This document shows positions 1 through 16,657 of a stretch of 64,000 bases of DNA, one piece after another. The first letter of the stretch is position 1; each line of letters starts with the position of its first letter. A program made the translations under genes and the position numbers. Below the pieces are notes generated by a model that ran no database searches, was not told the origin of the DNA, and saw only the letters and a program-made list of their open reading frames with translations. The DNA comes from Octopus vulgaris (Eukaryota), in the NCBI GenBank assembly GCA_951406725.2, contig OX597818.1, positions 32,488,001-32,552,000 on the forward strand. The letters are read 5' to 3'.

Positions 1-269
1 TTCACACAAGTCGATCTACAGCATATACACAAACAATTATACGGAGCTACAACTCCAGGCAAAGCGTATAACCATTATATATTTTTTTTCTTGTTGTTTT
101 TTTTTATTGTGTGTGTGTGTTTTTTTTTTTTTCTTTCTTTCTTCTTTTCCCCTTTCTTTCTTCTTGTTATATATATATATTATTTTCTCTTTTTTTTTTA
201 TTTCTCCTCTCTCTTTTTCATTTGACACTTTTTTGATTGCTTCTCTCTTCTTTTTTACACACTACACCA

Positions 270-402
<133 letters not shown>

Positions 403-471
403 CTTCATGTATGCTTTTGTAAAAGTGAGAATCAGATGTACATAATGATATATAGTGATAAAACTATATTT

Positions 472-514
<43 letters not shown>

Positions 515-1433
515 TATTTATCCTTATAGTAAGCTGCTAGGATAGGGTCCATAAGGGTGTGATGGGGGGGGGTTTATTATTATTTTTGTGTGTGTGTTTT
601 TGTTGGGTTGGCTATAGTTGTTAGTGTTGTTAGTTGGGTAGGTTGGGGGGGGTTATGTTGTGTGTCTGTTTTTTTTTTATATATATATATAAGCTATTAT
701 ACTGACGTTTGTCTATGAAGTCCAGCATTTCATGTCCTTTCCTTCTTCAGGGAATAAATAGAGTAATTATTCATTGCTTCAACATAAAATTCTGAGCGAA
801 GTCTCTAATTTATTTAAAGTTTAGTATTCTGTATTGTATTGTGCATCTCATCATCTCTAATGAATCTTTTCAAATATAACGTGAATTTTGAAAGCTACTT
901 GAAGTTAAGTATTCTATAGAATCGTTTCTGTTTTATTTTTCTATTATTTGAAGATGTACTTTTCGATGTATTTCTACTGTCGCCAGTTCACTCTTCGGGT
1001 AGTATTTGTATTTATAGCTAGTTAATTGGTATCCAAGTTCCGATTTTCAAAGTCACAACGTTTGCATTGCTACACGAGAAAAATTAAGTGAAACATAGAA
1101 TCGAGTAACAATTCAAGAACATTTAATTGATTTTTGAAGGAAAGTTCATTCCAAATGGTGAGGTTATGTTTTGTAACAATAAACCCAAACTGATTTTCTG
1201 GCTGTTGTCCGGAGATGCAAACAAGCAATAGGACAGAATAATTCCCGTTGACTCAGAAGTGAAGGAGCAAAAACCAAATAAGCACAATATCTAGTCTACC
1301 ATCATACGATTTCTTTGCACAAACATCAAGCTCTTTGTGATAGCTCTATCTGCTATAAAAAGCAGCTGATCCTTCCTGAAACCTCATCTTGCAGTTTAAA
1401 AACTGGAAGTTATTATAAATGGTATTCATTCAA

Positions 1434-1670
1434 GGCGGCGAGCTAGCAGAATCGTTAGCACGTCGGGCGAAATGCTTAGCGGTATTTCGGCTGCCGTTAC
1501 GTTGTGAGTTCAAATTCCGCCGAGGTCGACTTTGCCTTTCATCCTTTCGGGGTCGATAAATTAAGTACCAGTTAAGCACTGGGGTCGATATAATCGACTT
1601 AATACCTATGTCTGTCCCTGTTTGTCTCCTCTATGTTTAGCCCCTTGTGGACAATAAAGAAATAGAAATA
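1434..1670 (+). mobile_element. tRNA-derived SINE, family A (full length, young)
   Basis: Head ggcggcgagctagcagaatcgttagcacg (A-box-like), gagttcaaattcc (B-box), core gcctttcatcctttcggggtcgataaattaagtaccag (resembles the Meta/MESC SINE core, from memory), and an aagaaat tail. TSD ggtattcattc(a/t)a at 1421-1433 and 1671-1683. Confidence 0.9.
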
Positions 1671-1784
1671 GGTATTCATTCTATAGATATTTTTTATAGA
1701 GTGACTAATTTCATTGCTGTTGTTAAGGACGCTCTTTTCTACAGTATTAAAAAAAACTAAGTGCATGTACATAAACAAACACAT

Positions 1785-1935
1785 GGCGGACGTCTGTACA
1801 CTTTCTGTCAGCCAAATTCAACCCATAAAATATTGCCCAGACGAGGTTACGGTAGAAAGCACTTGCCTAGGGTGTTGAGTGATGGATTCAAACTCAGAAT
1901 CACGTCGTTACGAAACTAGCTTCTTAGCCACTCAG
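1785..1935 (-). mobile_element. Degraded SINE family B fragment
   Basis: gtagaaagcacttgcctagggtg...cttcttagccactcagc matches the reverse complement of the family B head and core. Confidence 0.6.
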
Positions 1936-2529
1936 CTTTGTATGTACCTACAGATATACACAGATACGGAATGATCGTGGCTGGTATGCCCTTGGTTGTA
2001 GAGCTCATTAATTGGAGCTAATCTGGGGGCTTTGACAACAACAGCAACAATTGGCACATATTTTATCGACCGCGAAATGAAAAGAAAATCGACCTCGCCG
2101 GGATTAGATCACGATACAACAGGCATGTTGTTCTAAGCTCTGCTGAATCAGCCAGTCCCCCGCGGTGTTGTCCTCAATAATATTACAAGCGTAATACTAC
2201 TCCGTCGTCTTACAGGTGTTATTTCTCACCTGAATGTCACAGAATAATAAATTGTATATATTACATTGTTGCCATTGCTTTTTGCTAATAGAATATATGC
2301 TCTGTTTATCAGTCGTGGTCCCCGACAAAATGTTTTTTGTCTCCTTGTAAATAAACAATACTTTATATCCATCATCTCTATAAGTAAGTACTTTGTAGTC
2401 TATTTGTTATAGCAAATTCACTTTGCACAAAAGTACCATTGTGATTGACATATATTCTTTTCAGCCGCGTGCTATGAACCGTTTAAATGGCTACATTTTA
2501 TAGTTTTTCGTCTTGATTTCTATTTATAG

Positions 2530-2665
2530 GGATCAATGAGACAGCAAATGTGATTCTGAAACGTCCAGCACGAAATCAAATCACAGCAGGATCAGACGTT
2601 ATTCTGCGGTGTGTCATTCAAGGAAACCCGGTACCATCAATATTATGGTACAGAAACAAATTCAG
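2530..2665 (+). CDS. PTK7: PTK7/off-track-like receptor, internal coding exon A (N-half of Ig2), phase 1 to phase 2
   Basis: Acceptor tttctatttatAG|GG and donor AG|GTAAAT. 136 nt encoding (W)INETANVILKRPARNQITAGSDVILRCVIQGNPVPSILWYRNKF(R), with the Ig B-strand C, G-x-P-x-P and C-strand W. It resembles human PTK7 Ig2 WIEAGPVVLKHPASEAEIQPQTQVTLRCHIDGHPRPTYQWFR (recalled, not searched). Absent from the ORF track. Confidence 0.92.
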
Positions 2666-3199
2666 GTAAATAACGATTCTCTTCGCTTTATTTTTCCTTT
2701 ATAGCATAGAAACGAATTCTTAGGTTCGTAGTGGGATTTAAGGAAAATGTTATCTATATGCTTTTCAAAAGGTCACAAGTGATGTAAGTTTTATGAAAAA
2801 GTTTGAAATAGTAATGGAAATTTGGGATTCCAGTTCGATAGCTTCATACAAATCCACTTTGTATGATTAAAAATATATCTATTATAGAATAATAGAAAGT
2901 TAATGCAAGCAACTACAAACACGCACTGAACAAAAATCTGTTTAAAGTCTTTATTGAAACAGATCTGGATGAAGTAAAATATAGATTGTTGTGAAGAGAA
3001 AAGAGAAACAATAACAGAGTTTGTGAAAATGTTGTGGAGAATAATCAAGCTATGGCTAGAATAATTCCCTTGACTAAAGTGAATAAAAACAAAAAAAAAT
3101 GCAGCCTAGACTTATGAAATGCCAGGCTCAAGCTGAAACAATGATTCTCTCGTAGCATAATATCAAATTTTTCCTAGCAGAAAACACAACCAGTAAAAT

Positions 3200-3600
3200 G
3201 TATTATATAGCTACAGAGTATATGTGGAAGTTAGGGAAAAGCGGTTAACAAAATTGTCACTGGTTGCCAAGAAAGTTCTGAGCCAAGGTGTACATCTGCG
3301 GCAATTATAGTATAGGAACTGTTCAAATAGGTATGCCCACGGGTAAGAAACATTGACCATACTGTAGCACATGCCACTCTAAAGAGATTACGACTGATAG
3401 GTCAGATATTATTGTCAACAAATCCTTAAAAGGAAAAACTTCCTTACTGAAATAGATATGAAAACTGAGATAACTAGGATGTGACGCCTGTAAAAAGGGA
3501 TAGTCCCTATTATAATAGGTAGATTATGAATCATTAAAACACTTGCAGATAAGTTTCGTAAATAAAATCTCAAGATTCAGAAATATGTGCAACACAGTAA
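3200..3600 (+). mobile_element. Heavily degraded non-LTR retrotransposon fragment (RLE-type, R4/Dong-like C-terminus)
   Basis: Colinear relics in shifting frames: EKAVNKIVTGCQE (cf. ET..HI.SGC zinc knuckle), DRSDIIV (cf. RPD endonuclease motif), DVTP, and ISFVNKISRFRN (cf. K..KY). Confidence 0.4.
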
Positions 3601-4725
3601 ATTGGAGCACCGCAGAAAATGAACAAGCAAACAAAATACTGAACATATTCGAAACTCACAGAGATGCACTCGGTACGCGAGTGAAAATACTCAGTAAGAC
3701 GACTAAAATCTTATTATTTATTCTTACTTTTATCTTACAGATATCACAGATGAAATGATGTGCATAGTATGTTTGGTTGTGAAGCAAAACTGGTACAAAT
3801 ATTGAAAGAGCTCAAAGTTTTACGAAAGTAAACACCCAAGAGTATCCTACCAAAACAAGCTTGAGAAACTACATACCCGACCCCTTTATACACGGATACT
3901 CTCTCTATCGACTAGATCTTCTAAACCTGTCTGCGAGCACCCGTCAGTCGAAGATGAACTTCGATGTCTCCCATATTCCTCGGTAAGTGCTACTGTGTCT
4001 TAATGTTTTGTCTCACCTGAACCTCCGGAAGTCTAAATTGTCGGGTAGTTCTAGTTTTGCAGGGTCCATTACTAAATTATATGCATATCTCGTAACAACA
4101 GTAGCCAGAGATTCACAAGATCAACAAAAATAACAACACTAGCATCAATATTAGCAGTTCATACCAATCTTTTATTTATTAGAGAGGTATATCAAATAGT
4201 ATGGCTTTGATATAGATGACTGCAGTTCGACTAAAAGCCATCAATGGTTTCAATTAAAGTAGTTTGGACATTTAGCCCTGAACCTCTTTATTTATTCGAA
4301 AGTTTAAACTTTGTGGCTATATATCGTCTGTGATTGAAATTACCTGAGGTGGGAAGCGAAGTGGTTTATATATGAATCAGTTTCTGTAGACGTACACGCA
4401 CATAAGTGTATAGATACACACCTACTCAGATGTGAACTTTAGAGAGAGATATAGATTTGTAAACCATATTTATTAGCAGACATTTAATATTGGGTCCATT
4501 GAAATCTTAGATGAAATTATATATATATATATATAATTTCATCTATATATATATATATTTATGAGTGTATATATATATGTATGTATGAGTGTGTATATAT
4601 CTAAATGCATATGTGCATCGGTATATGTGTGAGTGTATCGATATTTGTACATATATATACATATATACATGTATATGTGAGTCTGTCAATAAATATGCGT
4701 GTGTATGTGTACACACTCATACACG

Positions 4726-4765
<40 letters not shown>

Positions 4766-5479
4766 TATATAAAAGCACGTATGCATACACACATGCACGC
4801 ACACAAACACGAACGTTTTCAATTGAATAATTGAATATATGGTGAAGGTTTGTACATAGATTTTTTTCGTTAAGAAACTCTTTGAATATAGAGTTTGTGT
4901 TATCCGTTTGCAGCAACAATACTTTTGCCATAGTATTTGATGTTATCCGTCTTGCAGCAACAACCTCTACACTAAATCTAACAAAACTAAAGTGAAATTG
5001 TACATAAAAAAAAAAAAAAAATCTGTTAGATATGAAGCACGGAAAAAAAAAAACATTACATAAAACAAAACGGAACAAAAACATACCTGTTTGTTGGTGG
5101 TAATCGGTAGTTGGTTTCGAATTGGAATAAGTGAGGAGCGACGGATATGAAAGAGTGAGATTAAGGGTAAAATTTAAAAAAAAGTGTAGAATTCACAAAA
5201 TGATAGGTGATAGAAGGAGAGAGGTATTGTGTGACTGAGAGATAGAGAAAGTGAAGAGACATGGAGAGGTGGAGAGGGAGAGAAAGGGAAAAAGAGAGTA
5301 CAAATCTTAGGATCAATGTGAGAATGAGTCGGGATAAAGAGATTAGCTATAGGTCAGATATGTACTAGATCCAACAACGAAAAGGAAAAACTTCCTTATG
5401 GAAAATAGAGCCACTCTTGTAGAAAACACGCAATCTAGTGATGATACTAAGCATCAAATATTTCCTTTATCTCTTAATA

Positions 5480-5809
5480 GTCTCAGTTATATGATTGCGG
5501 CCATGCTGGGGCAGGGGTACCGCCTTAAAGAATTTAGTCGAACAAATCAATTATACTATTTTTTCTATGACTAGTACTTCATCGATCTCTTTTGCTATGC
5601 GGCGGTAGGAACAAGCTCAAACACATAAACGCACAGATCGCTAGCCACTAAACATTCTTTATTTTCTCTCCTTGTGTTACTTTCTGTGGAAGAGCGTAGG
5701 CTCGAAACGTTAAAGATTTTTTCACTCCCCGAGCGTTATACTAATACATCTGTTTGTTGTCTACACCACTTGTCTTCGTCTTTTGTTTTGTTGTGAATTC
5801 TCCCCCTAA

Positions 5810-5843
<34 letters not shown>

Positions 5844-6005
5844 ATATACACATGCATGCAACAGGCTTCATTCAGTTTCCGTCTGCAGAATCCATTCAAA
5901 AGACTTTGGTCAGCTCGTAGATATAGTAGAAAACACTTGCCCGAGATGCTTTACAGTAAGACTGAAGCCGAGCCTATGCGGTTCTTACCACACTGCCACG
6001 CTCGC
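5480..6005 (-). mobile_element. SINE family B split by a Penelope-like fragment inserted in its internal microsatellite
   Basis: 3' part (gattgcggccatgctggggca...) at about 5480-5640 and 5' part (ggcttcattcagtttccgtc...cttaccacactgccac) at about 5860-6005. Confidence 0.7.
5650..5810 (+). mobile_element. Penelope-like element terminal fragment with a variant hammerhead-like motif
   Basis: cttt-ctgtggaaga-gcgtaggctc-gaa-acgtt-aaag followed by a pyrimidine-rich tail ending in (TA)n. Same organisation as 43366-43541. Confidence 0.6.
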
Positions 6006-6179
6006 GGTAGGAAATAGAAAACCAGTCTCCTGCTTGACAGTTGGATATACTTACCGCTATGCTACCGACGAGTAAGTATTCGTTTCGAATTTTGGCGCAA
6101 GGCCAGCAATTTCGGAGGAGCGAGCAAGTCGATTACATCAACCCCAGTGTTCAGCTGGAGCTTATTTTAAATAGAAAAA

Positions 6180-6426
6180 TAAATGCGCCTTTTTTAAAGC
6201 CTAGCCAGGATCATGGGTCCGGTTTTCCGGTTTCAATGGCGTATGTGTTCCCCAGCTGGACGGGAGTCCATCTCAGCGTTACTCATTTTTGCCAGCTGAG
6301 TGGACTGGAGCAACGTGAAATGAAGTGTTTTGCTCAAGAACACAACGCGTCGTCCGGTCCAGGAATCGAAACCACAATCTTACGATCATGATGCTGACAC
6401 CCTAACCACTAAGCCACGCGCCTCCA
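6180..6426 (-). mobile_element. tRNA-derived CORE-like SINE, family C, inserted into an older family A copy (about 6085-6500)
   Basis: Reverse-complement head tggaggcgcgtggcttagtggttagggtg...ggtttcgattcc and core gttgtgttcttgagcaaaacactt. Flanking duplication gg(a/t)gcttatttta at about 6158 and 6430. Confidence 0.88.
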
Positions 6427-7060
6427 CACGGTGCTTATTTTACCATTTATTTTAATGGATGAAAGACACAGTCGACGTCGGTGGAAATTGAAACCCCGAC
6501 GAGTAAATATTAAAGAATATATATATATATTTATATGTGTGTGTGTGTGTGAGTGTGCATCTCAAAATATACGACTTGTCTGGAAATATTTCTAAAATAA
6601 TTGTGGTGTGGCAGTTAATTCTCATAAGCAGATTTATGTATACAATATCCTGATAGCTGAAGTCAAAAGGTCGTTTTTTTTTGTATTTGGTAATTATTTC
6701 GTTAATTAGTTGCTACTGTAAAGTGCCATTATAATAATGACTCATCATCAACTAAGATTTGAATAAAATACTACAGAAATATGAGTATGTTTTCATCAAG
6801 GCATTATCGATTATATTCTATATCAATAATTATCATAACTTTATATGATTATATGTCTATCGAGAATAAATTCGATATAAATAGATATTTTCTTATAATC
6901 TGTTATATGGCTTTTGAAAACAGCCCGGTCGTTTCACATGGTTATATGTTATATCATCAACAATTCCTTAATATGATAGTTCTTCAACTTTGATGATCAT
7001 TTTGGCAAATATATCTGGCAACTAAACTACTGGTGTACTTGAAATTATACGCTATGCCAG

Positions 7061-7096
<36 letters not shown>

Positions 7097-7120
7097 TACG
7101 TGTGTGTGTGTATGTATGCA

Positions 7121-11478
<4,358 letters not shown>

Positions 11479-11803
11479 TCAACGTTTACTGGAAAAGTAG
11501 GTACGAGATAAGGAATGCTACAGTGTTGACATAATGAGAAAAACGGATTTGGGCATACTGGTTAGTGTGATGTATGGGAGTGAGGCACCTTGATGGGTGT
11601 GAACGAGGGAAAGGTGTATCAAATTTGACTATAGTAGAGGTGACATGAAAGTAGCTAATTCTAGTGAATAACGGACGTACTTGAGCAATATATACTAAGA
11701 GAAGCTCGAAGTGTTTGTCTGTGGATAATAAGAAATTGTATTGTATGTTTCTTATTCTGTCGAGTGATCTTCCCTTAAATGTTAAGTTTTGTGATCTTCT
11801 CTA

Positions 11804-12024
11804 CCCTTTAGCTTTCGCATTATTCAGCCAAAATTAATGCCTTTTCATCCGCATTGTTTTGAGCTAATCATGCATTATCTTGTAGCTATGAGATTTCAAT
11901 GAGGTAGCTGTTAATTTTTAAAACGATATTTTAGGGTTGGTGTGAGAGACCAGATCTGGCCAGTTTGAACATAAAACAGGCAGAATACTTTTGGCCGGAT
12001 ATGGCCGGTTTAAATGCTAAAGGG
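11804..12024. mobile_element. piggyBac-type MITE
   Basis: Termini ccctttagc...gctaaaggg are inverted repeats. The right end is followed by TTAA (12025-12028); the left TTAA is degraded. Confidence 0.8.
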
Positions 12025-14632
12025 TTAAATGTTAAGTTTCCCAGGTGTAGAAGCCATATTCTTTTGTGGGTTTGATCGATATTTTTTGAGGATCTGTAAC
12101 TTGTCAGAGCTGGAAGTAATTTTCTGCACCAGAGGAAGAAGTTAATATTTGGAAAGCAGCCTTTCCTGTGTATTAATATATGTGATTACACCGGGGTATC
12201 TATCTGAGTTTATGAATTTTAGTATATGTTACTACTATAAATTTCTTAATTTCGGGTTGCCGAAGAGTAATTAAGGGTGAAGTACAACAAACTACAATGC
12301 GGAGTTTTAGTTACTATTGTGAGATCCCTTCAATTTCTTCTCAAGCAAAAGAAAAACTGAATTTTTCCTTCAGCTAGTTTGACACAAACACCTGACTTAA
12401 AGAGGCTTTTGTCGCGTATGATAATCTAATGGCCATTGATAAATATCAAAAAAGAAAGAACAAAAAAGCAAATAGAAATAGAAACTATAAATAGTTTCAC
12501 TTGCGATGGTTCTTTGACGCAACAGCCAAGCTTCTGGGATATTAATAATAAGGTTGTTCCCATTACAAGGTAACATCTTCGAACTCAAAATATCACTAAC
12601 ACACACATCCGATCAATAAATGGTGTCACAAGAACAGAATCGGAAAGAATGGAGTTAAGTTGTCAAACACGTCCGTGAATGCAATGGTTGATGATCATAA
12701 TGATAAAGGAGGAAGAGTTGTGACCGAGAAAGCGATGGCGGTGATTGGGTGGTGGTGGCAGTGGTTGTTATTATGATAATGATCATGATCATTATCATGA
12801 CCATGGTGATCGTGTTAATAATATCATGGGAGAACAACAACATGATGAATATGATTATTGCAATGTTCCTCATGATCATAGCGCCAAACGCAAATTGTCC
12901 CACGATTTAAAAAATAAGATAAAATACTGCTGGACTTGTGATAAGGTTATATAAACTATTTAAACAGCCAGGAAATTTTAAACACTAATGGCTGTCTCCA
13001 ATCGAGAACTAATAAAGTAAAAAACAGAAAAAAAAATCTAGCATTCAAATACCCATTTGTTGGCTTGACATCAACTTTATTGTACATTTTTTTTACTGTT
13101 CGTCTGATTCTTTTCTTTTTCTTATTTGTAAGTGGGTGGGGAAGCTGTCAAATATTTTAACTCTCTTAAATTCTGGGCTGTGGAAATGTTTTGTTCGGTT
13201 TTGATTTCTTCTTTTGTTATTAAAAGTTGACGTTTAAATAAATCGCTAGCACGAAGCAAGTTTCAGAGAAAAAAATAATGTATACATTTGCAGTTGGGGA
13301 GTTAAAGAAAATTTTCTGTCATTGCGAGACTTGTAAATGATTGTCTGGTTTATCACAACGAAAAAAACATTTTAGTTCTTTTTTTTTCAATCTAAGAGCA
13401 AACTTATGGAATAAAAATGCTGTATGAATTTTTTAAAGGCTTGAAAATTTTTCTTATCAGTAAATAGGATATGAGCTGATAATCATTATTTTTACGTCCG
13501 AGGCTCTATTTATTAAGACCTGGTGGAGAAGAAAATTGTTAGGAAAAGAGAATCCAAGCCTTGTTCTTCTAGAAGTGCTGGGAAATCTTGTTTCATTGAT
13601 TTGTTTCAGTAACGAAGACATTGGAGTTTCGAATGTTACATTGTGTGTTTCGTTGAAGATATGAAATTGCGCAGAGCACTTGAAAATTCTTTTCAAATTT
13701 GTTCAGTTTTTTTTTCATCCGATCTAAGCTCTTATTAAAGGCGCCAGCTGGCATATTTTCAGAGACACGTAATTAAAGAAACAACACAGTAATATAGTCC
13801 CGTTCAGTAAGATAATGCCCAATGCATTATAAAAGTAAAAAAGAAAGAAAAGCAGCGAAAACAAGCATAACAGACTTCCTTGACATGTCTTTAATAGGAA
13901 AGCAACGAAACACGTTTACCTGCTTCTCCTTTTCGTCTACTCTTAATTAAAATTCTTAACCAACGCAAAAATTACAGATAAGATTTAGATGAATAATCCA
14001 TTTTAAGGAATTCTTCAAATCAAGGGTAAAGAGGAATGAAATATTTCAGAAGGAAGGAAAAAAAAAAAAAAAGTAAAATTGTTTAGAATCGAATTTAATT
14101 TCTTTGCTTCAATGCAGGAAAATATTTTTTGTAGGTGAAGGAGTTGTTTGCATCAGAAAAATGCAAATAAATAAATAAATAAATATATAAATATTTGGGG
14201 ACAATGAAATATCAGAAGGAAGAGAATTAACACAGAAAGTCAGCAAAGCGGACAATTGCAGCAACTTGTGAAATAATTAATTCTCACTTAAATTTCGAAG
14301 TTTAACCTGGAAGTAGCAAAAGAAAGTAGAAAGTTATATACGGTTTTGTGCAAAATATTTTTCTGTGTCTGTTTCATAGTGGTGGGGTTTTAAATAACAT
14401 CTTAAAATATTCGCTTGTGTGTGCGTGTGTGTATGCATACGTACACTCAGATAACTGATTATGAATTAATACATCCAGCCTTACTCATATTTACAAGACA
14501 AATATATAAACATGCGCATGTGTGTGTGCATCCGTGCCCATCTATGTGTGTGTATGAAATATGGTTACTTTTTGCTATATCAGTCAGTTCTCTTCCCAGG
14601 CTTTAGTGGAAAACATTATATATATATATATA

Positions 14633-14797
14633 GGCGCAGGAGTGTCTGTGTGGTAAGTAGCTTGCTAACCAACCACATGGCTCCGGGTTCAGTCCCACTG
14701 CGTGGCATCTTGGGCAAGTGTCTTCTGCTATAGCCCCGGGCCGACCAATGCCTTGTGAGTGGATTTGGTAGATGGAAACTGAAAGAAGCCTGTCGTA

Positions 14798-14838
<41 letters not shown>

Positions 14839-15052
14839 TTGTTTGTGTGTCTGTGTTTGTCCCCCTAGCATTGCTTGGCAACCGATGCTGGTGTGTTTAT
14901 GTCCCCGTTACTTAGCGGTTCGGCAAAAGAGACCGATAGAAAAAGTACTGGGCTTACAAAAAGAATAAGTCCCGGGGTCGAGATGCTCGATCAAAGGTGG
15001 TGCTCCAGCATGGCCGCAGTCAAATGACTGAAACAAGTAAAAGAGTAAAAGA

Positions 15053-15054
<2 letters not shown>
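14633..15054 (+). mobile_element. tRNA-derived CORE-like SINE, family B (full length, internal (TA)n)
   Basis: Head ggcgcaggagtg(t)ctgtgtggtaag...gggttcagtccc, CORE-like ttgggcaagtgtcttct, and tail (aaagagta)n. Confidence 0.9.
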
Positions 15055-15106
<52 letters not shown>

Positions 15107-15110
<4 letters not shown>

Positions 15111-15360
15111 GTAAAATAACATGTGACAATTATTCAATAGCCAAGATAAAACTCTGGGGATGCCGAGGTGGAAATCCACATCACCATCTCTTTGGTTATC
15201 TGAAAAACGCTATGAAATATTTCCACCTCGGCATCCGAAACTCAGAGTTTTATCTTGGCTTTTGAATAATTGTCACATATTATTTTACAGATAAATTTCC
15301 TCTATTTACATAATATTGAGGTCTCTTTCTTTCTTTTGTTATCTTACCGTTTTTACCAAC
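15107..15360 (+). mobile_element. Penelope-like element remnant with an inverted partial copy (about 70-bp arms) in (TA)n
   Basis: Arms 15107-15175 and 15219-15292 are reverse complements with a few differences. Hammerhead-type ccgaaac motif, pyrimidine-rich tail, and microsatellite on both sides. Confidence 0.7.
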
Positions 15361-15384
15361 ACACACACACAGACACACATATAT

Positions 15385-15432
<48 letters not shown>

Positions 15433-15471
15433 CATACATGCATATATATATATATATATAGATATACATAT

Positions 15472-15589
<118 letters not shown>

Positions 15590-16193
15590 CATTTAATCGA
15601 AAATAAGAAAGTTAATACGAAGCAGAATCAAACTTGACTGGGTAACATTATATTCTTCTGTTAAAAAAGAAAAGATAAGCTGATAAAATGCAATATGGGT
15701 TTCAGATATAAAATGTGTGTTGCGCGGTGCACTATATTCGAGATCTCATTGTATTTGTGTAAATACCGAAAATGTATTGCCTCTAACTTAAAATTGCACA
15801 ATTATTTTGAGTTTATAACAACTACTGCTTAAGTTCAGTTTCTAGAAATCCAATCTCCTTTTGCTTGTTGTTGTTATTTAGTATCAGCTCAGTTTGAGTA
15901 AGCAGGCCTATGGTCAGTGGCATTCACCTCTGATTAACCCGTATATTTTCCAGGCATAGTGTGACATCCTACTCTGCATTATCTAACGTACTTTTTTTAA
16001 GACGAGCTGCTATTTTAGCAGGTCATGTAAAACATAAAAACTCAGAAGACGGCATCCTTCTGTACAGGACACCAGTCTACCCCGACCTTCAAAATGCTGT
16101 GGAATGTATATATATAAAAAGGCAAATTAATGTGACAAACACTCGCTGCATATTCGAACTTAAAACACGTGAAATGAATTTCATCTGTTAATA

Positions 16194-16576
16194 TCTCTCT
16201 CTATATAAACGGCAGTTTGTCTGTGCGTGTTTCTGTGTGTCTGTTTGCTTGTACCCTCACCCTGACCACGGCTTTCAACCGATTCTGATGAAACTTGACA
16301 CACACATAGCCCAATGTCATAATTCAAAACTAACGCAGCGAGAATTTTGAAAAGTTCCCCCAGTTCTGAAAAAAATCGATAAATTCGACATGGGGTCGAG
16401 AATCAGAAACACAAACCGCAAACTGTCTAGGGGACGCAACTCCACCTTTTTTCACTCTCAAAAAAATTTACCGTCATTTTTTTCCATTTTTTTGCTATTT
16501 TTTGGCTATAACTCTCTAAAAATGCTTTATAGTTATTTCCCTTACAAACCTGAGCAACGCCGGGCGATACTGCTAG
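16194..16576 (+). mobile_element. Non-autonomous Helitron
   Basis: 5' A|TCtctctctatataaacggc and 3' cctgagcaacgccgggcgatactgCTAG|T with a subterminal GC hairpin. Inserted between A and T with no TSD. Confidence 0.82.
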
Positions 16577-16657
16577 TAGTATATAAAAGAATATTTTGTG
16601 TTGTCTACATGTTTGTACGAACCTACAAATACTCATTTTAGTGTGTTTTCATTACAG

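Noticed and set aside
2452-2529. Alternative acceptor ttcttttcAG at 2463-2464 upstream of exon A
   Set aside because: It would add 65 nt, shifting the frame.
12655-12954. His/Asp-rich ORF 12745-12954 and the opposite-strand hydrophobic ORF
   Set aside because: Products of a degenerate (GAT/CAT/GGT)n trinucleotide tract; no splice or domain evidence.
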